Below, one piece after another: positions 44,101 through 52,919 of a DNA stretch of 64,000 bases; position 1 is the first letter of the stretch, and every line of letters starts with the position of its first letter. The notes below the pieces were generated by a model, which worked only from the letters and a program-made list of their open reading frames with translations, was not told the DNA's origin and did not search any database. A program made the position numbers and the translations under genes. Source of the DNA: Neocallimastix sp. 'constans'. Taxonomy: Eukaryota. The stretch lies in the NCBI GenBank assembly GCA_050613775.1, contig JBODTK010000146.1:62001-126000 (forward strand). The letters are read 5' to 3'.

Positions 44101-45969
44101 AAGATGTTCTTTTTCTTTTTGACTTAATGAAAGATTTTCTTCTTCTTTATCTTTATTGATATCATTTTTTGAATTATTTGGAATATCTTGCATGTCTAAA
44201 TTGACAATATCTTCTTTTACTGTTCGTTCATTGTTATTATCTCTTTGACTCCTGTTCTCTTCATTGTTCTCTTCTTGAGGATCTTCTTCTATTTCTTTAT
44301 TTTCTTGAATAATATTAATTATGTCATTTCTGTTGTAGTAATTTCTTTCTTCTAAGTTTTTCATTAATGTGTCTTCATCTTGCGTTTCGGTTTCTTCATT
44401 TTCATATCTCCTTGTTTCAGATACATAATCAAAGTTAAAGTTACCTGGCTGGTCTTCAAGAAATTCTACCACACGTTTCACATATATTTTCATTTTATCA
44501 ATATCGAATATTCTGTACCCTGTTGAGTCTTCGTCATATCCCAGAAAAATTCCTTTTCTTGAATTACTCCTAAATTTTTCTGGATTTACTTCATAATAGT
44601 AAACTTTACAGCCAAATACATGTAATTTACTATTGTCAACTTTCTTTTCGTAGAATACTTCGAATGGGATTTTGTTATTATTTCCATGATGCGGCACCCT
44701 ATTATGCACATAATTAGCTGTCTTTAAAGCATCTTCCCAAAATCTTCTACATAATTGACTATCTATTAACATTGCGGTAGCAATTTGGATAAGTACTCCG
44801 TTTAGTCTTTCTGCTCTACCGTTTTGCTGAGGATTTCCTGGTACAGTGAATTGTTGCGTGATTCCGTATTTGTTGCATATTTCTTTAAAATTATTTGAAG
44901 TGAATTCTGTTCCATTATCACTTCTTAAATATATTATATTTGAATTTGTTTTATTTTTAATTTTGATATACCATGTTTCAAATACTTGGTATACTTCCGA
45001 CTTCTTCTTTACTGTAAGGACCCAACCATATCTACTATAATCATCTAAAATAGTCACGAAATAACAGTTGCCATAAATTGATGGTGGTGCCGGTCCAACA
45101 AGATCTATATGCACTAATTCAAGAATTTTTCGCGAATTATTTTGTGCTTTACCATATGGTTCATTCTTCATTTTTGCTTGCATACAGATCTCACATTTAT
45201 CTATTTTGTTTCCATAGGTCAGGTGCCCAATTCTTCGATGCCATAGAATATCATTACCTTTAGTGTTGACGTTATTGCATAGTATATTACTACTTTTAAT
45301 ACATACTTCAAAAACATCATTATCACTAGCTTTAATTTTTGAAATTGTATTAAAATACTTATCTAGGATATACGCATATACGTCATCGTATTCCTTTATA
45401 AAAACTATTACATATTCATCCCTTGCTAGTTTACTAATCGAAATTAAATTTCTTTTAATATCCGGAACATATAATACTTCCTTTAGCTTTAATAATTCTT
45501 TGTTCATATTTCCTTGTATCTCTCCAATGTGTGTTGAGTTGGTTGTATTCCCATTTGCATAATTTATTTCTTCCACGTGTTCCTCTTCATTCATTAGTAT
45601 ATTTTTGTTTTGAGTCATATGATTAGATGCACCTGAATCTAGAGTCCACCAACTACATTCTACATGATTTTTAGTTACGTTATTATTAAATACATTATTG
45701 CATTGTTTTGTATTGCCACTACATGGATTTTCAAAAGAAGTGTTATAATCCAGAACAAATAAATCATTAAGATTTAATTTATCATTGTCTGTTTCTGTTA
45801 TTGTCATATTGGCCTGTTTTTTGTTTACCTTGCCTCCCTTGTTTCTTGGCGAATTCTTGTGACATCTTCCTTTTAATCTTGCAATCTCTTTCAAAATGAC
45901 CAAATCTGTGGCAAAAGAAACATTCAATATTAGAATTAGTTTTTCTACCTTCTCCATTACCTTTCTCAT
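41143..45969 (-). CDS. pol: Copia Pol polyprotein (PR-IN-RT-RNase H), in the +1 frame relative to gag
   Basis: WTLDSGASNHM (PR); WHRRIGH..CEIC, LELVHIDLVGP, LRSDNGTEF, PQQNGRAER (IN); KARLVARGYTQ, QMDIKAAYL, ALYGLKQA, YVDDLL (RT); YVDSDYA, STAEAEY, KHIDIKYH, ADGLTK (RH). Confidence 0.95.
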   Translation of the reverse strand: MRKVMEKVEKLILILNVSFATDLVILKEIARLKGRCHKNSPRNKGGKVNKKQANMTITETDNDKLNLNDLFVLDYNTSFENPCSGNTKQCNNVFNNNVTKNHVECSWWTLDSGASNHMTQNKNILMNEEEHVEEINYANGNTTNSTHIGEIQGNMNKELLKLKEVLYVPDIKRNLISISKLARDEYVIVFIKEYDDVYAYILDKYFNTISKIKASDNDVFEVCIKSSNILCNNVNTKGNDILWHRRIGHLTYGNKIDKCEICMQAKMKNEPYGKAQNNSRKILELVHIDLVGPAPPSIYGNCYFVTILDDYSRYGWVLTVKKKSEVYQVFETWYIKIKNKTNSNIIYLRSDNGTEFTSNNFKEICNKYGITQQFTVPGNPQQNGRAERLNGVLIQIATAMLIDSQLCRRFWEDALKTANYVHNRVPHHGNNNKIPFEVFYEKKVDNSKLHVFGCKVYYYEVNPEKFRSNSRKGIFLGYDEDSTGYRIFDIDKMKIYVKRVVEFLEDQPGNFNFDYVSETRRYENEETETQDEDTLMKNLEERNYYNRNDIINIIQENKEIEEDPQEENNEENRSQRDNNNERTVKEDIVNLDMQDIPNNSKNDINKDKEEENLSLSQKEKEHLENKFKLIEEKLENINTLIKHGNTKTNTLSLGEAKQKEKLEESSTSKQNYNEENNIKNNINIINERNKLINNNSEVILNRNVNEDIYFNKGKGESINGEKVSIINKNKDKGKEILELDDYDKEEITIINKNNENDAFNLKENIIIEDNSNKNILIENNLNKNLVENTSNNNNSTENNLSKNNLSENNLSENNLIENNLSENNPNEECSHLDVNKEIFENNNKQIVKNIIPNNNNNNNNSSNNNNNNNNKEISQKINLEINPNKVNAENHSSNSKLKNKNSREIKIKTNNTKNNTNLMNQIYPENKIIENKNPENPDKNPVKFDKNPKKNHVEVINKYKINIKNNYSENNQKSNLHLTFKNKDNKKFSKDKNLLKSYKLKNNLINSKNKINESKMDNNKNFEKFKIINNDSLNFNKNKSREYETIMHKGKRKVKSLNKNANVNTNVEENVEGINVSDYRGEIQENSNKRKRECLTTINQIREPNSYMEIFKRKDKEKWISAIENELNNMKERKVFKKIEKVPEGANIIDSRWVFKIKRDSEGKIDKYKARLVARGYTQEYGEDYKETFSPTLKQDSLRIIISIAAENNFNIHQMDIKAAYLYADLKEDIFMKIPEGDPNFGKGYFKLQKALYGLKQAAREWNNNISTTLKHLGFYELVSEPCIFIKKKDNKLVCVIGVYVDDLLITGKDDEINKTVRLIKEKYSVTDIGKANFIIGIKIERIPNGYLLHQERYLEDILEKFGLKDCKEIGTTEPSLSDKEDDEELFDPTTYRSAVGSLIYLAICTRPDIMFSVNRVAQHCKEPKVKDWKNVIQIFRYLKGAKYYGILFNGEKCLKTYVDSDYANDKETRRSTTGFIYFMGSGPTSWYSKLQKCVATSTAEAEYYGLCECAKQALWYRNILGEIKDQRECIKIYIDNQAAIYNAENNTINPRSKHIDIKYHKIRELIKEKKVELEYIESKNNKADGLTKFLNKYKMQNFRNSLLYKYK

Positions 45970-46807
45970 AATTTCTTTTTGGATATCTTCTAAAGTCTTG
46001 ATTTACTCCTTTTCCTTTTCCTTGGCTTTGGGTCGTAGTGCTGAATACATGTTGTATTCCTATCATCTTTCCTTTTTTCCTTTCTTCGACTTTCTTGAGT
46101 CGTTCTACAAGCCCTAATGTATATTCTTTACAGCTTTTCCAGTCTTTTTGATCAAAAATATTTACGCTTTGATATTCTTCTGGTAAAGAGTTAAATAATA
46201 GTAATTTCTTTTCCTCATCTGTAACTACAACATTCATATATTCTATCATATTAATATTCTTACTTAATTTTGTTAAAAATCTTGAAAAGCTTGTTTTGGG
46301 GTTGTATCTTAAAGCATTAGTTTCATCGATTAGTTGATTTCTCCTTGTTACATCATCTCCAATATGAATTTGTTGTAACGTTTGCCAAATTTGATAACCT
46401 GTAAGAGATGGATCTTGAATATCTTGTTGTGTTTTTGGTCCCAACGTGCTTCTTATTAAACTTTTTAAACTGGCATCTGTTTTTAAATCCTCTTTTGTCA
46501 CTGATTCTCCATATTTCATTTTGTACTCATATGGTGCAATTAAATCATTTATACTTTCTGTTCCATTAACTATGGGAACTTTTGGAGTATGATCTATATC
46601 GACCCATTCTTCGAGATCATAGTATTGTAAGATACCTCTCATGAATAGTTGCCAGGTTATGATGTTATTACTGTCTAATTCATATATAACTTTTCCTATT
46701 AGGACAGAGGGATGAAATCTTTTGATTTGAGGAATATTGTTATCCATAGTAGTAATGGTACTAGAAGTAGCATTTTCTGTTGATCGTTTTAAAGTATTTT
46801 TACTCAT
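45782..46807 (-). CDS. gag: Copia Gag with CCHC zinc knuckle
   Basis: ATG ORF starting shortly after the PBS, with LLFNSLPEEY (copia gag motif) and the knuckle CFFCHRFGHFERDC. Confidence 0.92.
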   Translation of the reverse strand: MSKNTLKRSTENATSSTITTMDNNIPQIKRFHPSVLIGKVIYELDSNNIITWQLFMRGILQYYDLEEWVDIDHTPKVPIVNGTESINDLIAPYEYKMKYGESVTKEDLKTDASLKSLIRSTLGPKTQQDIQDPSLTGYQIWQTLQQIHIGDDVTRRNQLIDETNALRYNPKTSFSRFLTKLSKNINMIEYMNVVVTDEEKKLLLFNSLPEEYQSVNIFDQKDWKSCKEYTLGLVERLKKVEERKKGKMIGIQHVFSTTTQSQGKGKGVNQDFRRYPKRNYEKGNGEGRKTNSNIECFFCHRFGHFERDCKIKRKMSQEFAKKQGRQGKQKTGQYDNNRNRQ

Positions 46808-46911
46808 TTTGAATTTTAAATATTTTAATTTTTTTTTTTTTTTTTTTTTATTTACTTATTTAAAAATTGAAATTGAATGATTTTTCAACGAAGTAAAATT
46901 ATAATGAGTCA

Positions 46912-46926
46912 ATGAGACTCTTAATC
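46912..46926 (-). promoter_or_regulatory. Primer-binding site complementary to the anticodon arm of tRNA-Lys(CUU)
   Basis: Immediately inside the 5' LTR the element reads GATTAAGAGTCTCAT, with no TGG. Its complement ATGAGA-CTCTTAA-TC is a tRNA anticodon stem-loop with a CTT anticodon, matching eukaryotic tRNA-Lys(CUU) as I recall it. Confidence 0.75.
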
Positions 46927-47111
46927 TGTTAAAATTTAATTTATTAATATATAAAAATAAAGAAAACAAACACTCGAACGTACAAAACTCAATTAAACAA
47001 TTGGGTTTATGAAATAATAATTTTATTAATAAATATTAAAATAATATATCTACATTAAACAATGTAAATTTTTTATATAAAACTTCAAAAATCAATTAAA
47101 TCTAGAAAAGA

Positions 47112-47164
<53 letters not shown>

Positions 47165-47268
47165 GTTTATAATAAAATATTAATAATTACTAAATAAATA
47201 CATTTTACATTGATATTTGTACTACATATTATTTATTTTTTAATATTAAATGTATTTATTATTTCACA
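46927..47268 (-). repeat. 5' LTR of copia element (342 bp)
   Basis: Direct repeat of 40777-41122. Confidence 0.95.
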
Positions 47269-47802
47269 GATTTTAATATTAATAATATAAATAAAATATT
47301 ATAATTTTAAAAATATATATATATGATAATAATTTTTTTTTTTTTAATTTTTTTTAATGAATTAACATACCAAAAAGATACCAAAATATCGATTAATTTT
47401 TAAAATATTTCTTCATGTTCAGTAATTTTTTTTTTTTTAGTTTTATTATTGCATTATGGAAAATTAATTTTAAAATTATATATAAATATATAATAAACAT
47501 TTTAGAATGAATAAATAAAAATACAAAATAGAATATAATAAAATATTTCAGATCAATATTAAATGAATACTCGATTCAAATAAAAATAGAAAAAAAAAAA
47601 AAAAATATTAAACATTGGCCATTAAATAAATAGTATTAGTTTCTTATCTTTAATTTACAAATTATAAGTGATTATGATTAAAATAAATAAATAATAAATA
47701 ACTAAATAATAAATAAATAATAAATAAATAATAAATAACTAAATAATTAATAAATAAATAATAAATATATAAATTTATATTAACTATATAAATTATTTCA
47801 GG

Positions 47803-48309
47803 TTTTTTTTTTTTTAGACTATCCCTTGTAGGTCTTGATCATATCATCCCAGCCACAACAGACAACTAATATCAGACAAACTTTATATCGGGTGTATCAG
47901 GATACAACAAAGTGCTCCCATGCCATACCATTTCGGAGTCGACGCTCTCAGTCACGGATTACAGAACCACAAGATTTGAAGATGATGGATACGGCAAGCC
48001 ACAACTACATACACTATAACATTATTATTTATTTACTACATTACCTTTCTCCAAATTAGGAAATCTATCCTAACACGTGATGAACACGCAGATACATTAA
48101 CTAATTAGGATTTACAATACGCAGGAATCACCCCGCTTCAGGCAATGTATACGTACAACTGAGAAGCACGATCATAGTGTAGACGATGACTTGTTCGATT
48201 TAGGGTTAGGCTGTCAAATGGATTATAATGGGTGGTAAGGTGGAATCGAACTCCGGACTATTGACCTCAGGGTATACGCGCTAACCATTGACCCGATCTC
48301 ACGGAGTTC
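47803..48309 (-). mobile_element. tRNA-derived SINE-like element (~500 bp)
   Basis: Minus-strand head GTGAGATCGGGTCAATGGTTAGCGCG..CCGGAGTTCGATTCCACCTTAC with A-box-like (48281-48295) and B-box (48242-48253) motifs but a degenerate cloverleaf. GC-rich body; 3' motif shared with the 33.9-kb fragment; A13 tail at 47803-47815. Confidence 0.72.
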
Positions 48310-48786
48310 AAATTATTTGATACGTGACCACTATAAAAATGGTATTTAGGTAGATTCTTTAGGTTAAAGAAATACTTAAATATTATTGGTCAATAATAAT
48401 TTTATAATAATATATATAATTTTAGAATAATAATTATTAAACGGAGAATTCTTTTATTTATAAGTTTATACTTATGATAAATTAATTCATATAAATAGCT
48501 ATTTTATATTTTATTTTAGTATAGTTAAAAAGAGATATTATATATATTTGAGATAATTAATTATAATATTTATATAAGAGAGTAATAATAATAATTTATG
48601 TAATAATTAATAATTAATAATAAATAAAGAGAACATTAAAAAGATATATTTATTACTTTATTTTATATTATTGTATGTGTTATTTCTAATTAATATTAGA
48701 ATATATTATTTTGTCATAATTCCTTATTGTCATTGCCCATAAATAAATATTAATTTAGATACATAAATAAAATACCGTATCAAATT

Positions 48787-48803
48787 TGGTGGAGAATCCG
48801 GGC
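48787..48803 (+). promoter_or_regulatory. PBS TGGTGGAGAATCCGGGC, complementary to a tRNA 3' end (probably tRNA-Ala)
   Basis: The complement GCCCGGATTCTCCA-CCA resembles eukaryotic tRNA-Ala 3' ends (..GCCCGCATTCTCCA). It lies 4 nt after the LTR. Confidence 0.75.
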
Positions 48804-49017
48804 GTGACAATAGCAAAATAATATGAAAATAATATTAATAAAATAATACATCTACATAATAAATATATAATAAATATTATTTAGTATATATATAAAAAGA
48901 ATTTAATTAGTTTAAATTAGTTATTAATAATTATAATAGTAATAGTTATAATAATATTAAATTGAATTAGAAAATTGTAATAAAAAATATATATAAGAAT
49001 AAATAAAATTTTTAAAG

Positions 49018-50463
49018 ATGAATGTTTTTAAGATATTAAGTACGTTACCATTATTAGAAAATTATAATAATGATATCAATGAATGGATAGAAGAATTAAC
49101 CGAGTCATTTGAATTTTGGGATATAAAAGAACAAGAAAGAAGATTTATTTTATGTAAAGAATGTGTAAATAAAGAAATTAGGTATGTTCTTGATGAATTA
49201 AAGGAAAAAAATAATCAGGTTCCTAGCTTAAAAGAAATAAAAATAGCCTTAGAAGAATATCTAGAAATAACATCAAGTGTAAAATATTGGAACTTAATTA
49301 ATTTAAAAATTAATTCAAATGAATCAATTAGTAATTTTAATTATAAATACTTAAGAAAATATAATGATATTGATAGTAATATAAAGAAATTAATTACTGT
49401 TAATAATTATGTTAATTCAATCAGGTCCAGAATATATCCTTGTTTAAGAATATTAGAAGAAGAAATCGAAGATATAAAAGAAGCTATCAAATATGCAGAA
49501 AAAGTTGAAAGAATTGAAAAGAAATTAAATTTAAATTTAAATAATATTTATAAGAATAATAATCAAAAATGGAATAATAATAATTGCAAAATGAATAAAT
49601 TAAATAGCAATAAAAACAATAAGAATAATAAAATTATGTGCTTTAGATGCTATGAGTTAGGTCATAAAGCAATTAATTGTAGACACTCGTTTAAAGAATT
49701 AGCGGAATTAGAAAGAACTGGAATTTTGGAAATAAATAAAAGAAGAAATTTTATACCTGGAAACCATAATAATTATAATTATAAATTTAATTCATATGAT
49801 AGAAATAAAAACTATATTAATTATTATCGTAGAAATTATAATTTAAATAGTAATATTGCTGAAAATCATCATAACATGATTAGTTTTGGTAAAAAGCATA
49901 ATGGAAATAGAGAAATTTATAGAAATAATTATAATTTAAATAATAATTTTGGTAATAATAATTATAATAATTTAAATAATTATCTAAATAAAAGTAATTA
50001 TGATTTAAATAAAAATTTTGGTACCAATAACAATAACAGTAGTTTAAATGAGAATATGAATACAAAAAAAAATAGAATATACAATAATCATGGTATAAAT
50101 TATAATATGCAAGGAAATAAAGATGTAAATATTGGAAATGAAATTAATTTCAACAATAATTTAAATAATAATTGTGTAGAAAATACGTTTAATTCAAATA
50201 TAGATAATACTCAAGATAATATAATTGGAAATAATATAAATAAAAACAATAATGGATATAGTAGAAACATAAATTCAGTAGGAAATAATAGTGGTTTTAA
50301 TAATAACAATACTAATAACAATGATAATTATACAAATAACGAAAATAAAAATGTTAATAATATTAACGAAATGAATTATAATAAAAACAATAATAACAAT
50401 AACAATAACAATAATAATAATAATAATAAAAATAATAATAATAGAAATAAAAAAAATAAATAA
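49018..50463 (+). CDS. gag: Gag-like protein with CCHC knuckle and long Asn-rich C-terminal tail
   Basis: Sole ORF between the LTRs. Capsid-like DINEWIEE..ESISNFNYKY..EAIKYAEKVE and the knuckle CFRCYELGHKAINC. Confidence 0.85.
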   Translation: MNVFKILSTLPLLENYNNDINEWIEELTESFEFWDIKEQERRFILCKECVNKEIRYVLDELKEKNNQVPSLKEIKIALEEYLEITSSVKYWNLINLKINSNESISNFNYKYLRKYNDIDSNIKKLITVNNYVNSIRSRIYPCLRILEEEIEDIKEAIKYAEKVERIEKKLNLNLNNIYKNNNQKWNNNNCKMNKLNSNKNNKNNKIMCFRCYELGHKAINCRHSFKELAELERTGILEINKRRNFIPGNHNNYNYKFNSYDRNKNYINYYRRNYNLNSNIAENHHNMISFGKKHNGNREIYRNNYNLNNNFGNNNYNNLNNYLNKSNYDLNKNFGTNNNNSSLNENMNTKKNRIYNNHGINYNMQGNKDVNIGNEINFNNNLNNNCVENTFNSNIDNTQDNIIGNNINKNNNGYSRNINSVGNNSGFNNNNTNNNDNYTNNENKNVNNINEMNYNKNNNNNNNNNNNNNNKNNNNRNKKNK

Positions 50464-50594
50464 ATAATTTAATTATGATGAAGTATTAATAAATAAATAA
50501 TTATATATATAACAATAATTTAAATTAAATTAATTCGAAATTTCAAGATTTCGAATTTCAAAAATTATAATAATCATTAATTCAAAAATTTAAT

Positions 50595-50649
<55 letters not shown>

Positions 50650-50669
50650 CCAATAATAAATTTTAATAA

Positions 50670-50717
<48 letters not shown>

Positions 50718-52782
50718 GAAAAAAAAAATTTTATTATATGGTTATAGAGACTTCAGGGGACGAAGTCTAATTTAAGTGGGGGCGTCTTGATACGTGACCA
50801 CTATAAAAATGGTATTTAGGTAGATTCTTTAGGTTAAAGAAATACTTAAATATTATTGGTCAATAATAATTTTATAATAATATATATAATTTTAGAATAA
50901 TAATTATTAAACGGAGAATTCTTTTATTTATAAGTTTATACTTATGATAAATTAATTCATATAAATAGCTATTTTATATTTTATTTTAGTATAGTTAAAA
51001 AGAGATATTATATATATTTGAGATAATTAATTATAATATTTATATAAGAGAGTAATAATAATAATTTATGTAATAATTAATAATTAATAATAAATAAAGA
51101 GAACATTAAAAAGATATATTTATTACTTTATTTTATATTATTGTATGTGTTATTTCTAATTAATATTAGAATATATTATTTTGTCATAATTCCTTATTGT
51201 CATTGCCCATAAATAAATATTAATTTAGATACATAAATAAAATACCGTATCATATTTGATAAAGAATAGAATAATAATGATATTTTTAATTAAATTTTTA
51301 ATAATTTATTATATAAAAATATATTATTATATTCTTTACTATTAATAATTTTCTTATATTCTATATTAATAATTTTTATATTAGTTATATTTTATTATTA
51401 TTTATATTAAATTTATGTAATTAATTAATTTATATGATTGGTTTTAATAATGTAATTAAATAATATAAAATATGTATTATCCATATTATTTTATGAAGGG
51501 GGCCTTTCTGAGAAAAGAAATAGTAGAAATAGTAGTGATAATGAAATAGGAATAAGAATTGAAAGGTTTCCCATATTGTTATAATAATAAATATTAATAT
51601 TAATAAAGTTATTTTTAACAATAAAATAATTATATAATTTATAAATAATAAATATTTTTAATAATAGTTCTTTAAATAAAATTTATAATGTGTAATGATA
51701 AATTCTTTTAGTGTAATTTAATAGTTATTTAATTTATCTATTTATTTAATGTTCACACTCCTTTTCTAATATGAACCTCAACATATTTCAGGTGAATAAA
51801 GAAATTATTTGATCTAAAACAAATATGTGTAGAAACAATATTTGTATATTTAATAATAATTATTAAATATTAAAATTATATCTTTTTAATAATTTTTATA
51901 ATATATTGTTAGTTAATTCATTCTTATATTATAATTATAGATTATTATATTAGAATATAATACTATTCTTATATTTAACTTTAATAGAACTTAAATAATC
52001 TTATTTTATATTATATTATATAATACATTATTATGTATTATTTTATATTTATTTTATATTTTTTATATTTATATATAATATACATTTATTATTTAAATAT
52101 TGATATTATATTCTTATATATATAATTTTATATTATATGTTTAAATATGTATTTTATATTAGCAATATAAGTCCAATATATTTATATGCGCATGATAAAT
52201 CTAATGATTTACATTAAATTATGGATTAAAATAAATAATGACATAAATATTTATGATATATATTTTTCTATTATTCAATTATATTATGTTTATTTATTTA
52301 TATTATTTGAATGTTTTTACAATATATAACAATGTATATTAAATAATAAATAATAATATGAAATTTTGAATAAGATATACAAAATACCACAAATAGTTAA
52401 AAATATGTAATAGTAACTCATGGAAAATTTCCGCAAAGTATTAATAATTATTATAAAATCTTTTTAAATATTGTAATATATATATTTAAATATAATTATT
52501 ATTTTTTTTTATCTTTATCAATTTTTTTTTTTCTACAAAGTATTCAAACAATTGAAATTTGAAGAAGCTGAAAATATATATTAAAAAAGAAAGAGAAGTA
52601 TGAAATAAAATGTTATTAATATAAATAAATTTAAAATATCATAATAAGATCTTTCAAAATTATAAATATAAAATGTATTATAATATAATAATGAATTTTT
52701 TAAAAATGAGTTTTCCATCAATTAATATTTTAATTAAATAATTGTTATTTTATTTATACTATATATATATATATTCTTTATT

Positions 52783-52821
<39 letters not shown>

Positions 52822-52919
52822 AAAACAAGAAAAACAAGAAAAACGAAAAAACAAAAAGACAAACATATAAAAAAAAAAAAATAGGAAGTGAATATTTAAC
52901 AAATATATAAATAAATTAA

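Larger units (their letters stand above)
40777..47268 (-). mobile_element. Full-length, young Ty1/copia LTR retrotransposon
   Basis: LTRs at 40777-41122 and 46927-47268 (TG..CA) differ only by 4 nt of poly-T length and one G/T substitution. 5-bp TSD GATTT at 40772-40776 and 47269-47273. PPT AGGGGGAA at 41123-41130. Domain order gag-PR-IN-RT-RH. Confidence 0.97.
48318..51252 (+). mobile_element. Non-autonomous gag-only LTR retrotransposon (Ty3/gypsy-like, TR-GAG-type)
   Basis: Two 465-bp LTRs (48318-48782, 50788-51252) in which I see no difference. Ends TGATACG..CGTATCA; 4-bp TSD TATT (48314-48317, 51253-51256); PBS 48787-48803; PPT AAGTGGGGG ~50774-50782. There is no pol. Confidence 0.93.

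Noticed and set aside
47835..48059. 74-aa plus-strand ORF in the SINE-like element
   Set aside because: Non-ATG start, antisense to the promoter and poly(A) orientation, no recognisable motif.
48228..48303. Functional tRNA gene
   Set aside because: The D, anticodon and T stems do not pair properly. Treated as a SINE head.
51745..51810. PPT-like AAAGGAG followed by TGTGAA on the minus strand, resembling a copia 3' LTR junction
   Set aside because: No partner LTR, TSD or recognisable pol sequence.
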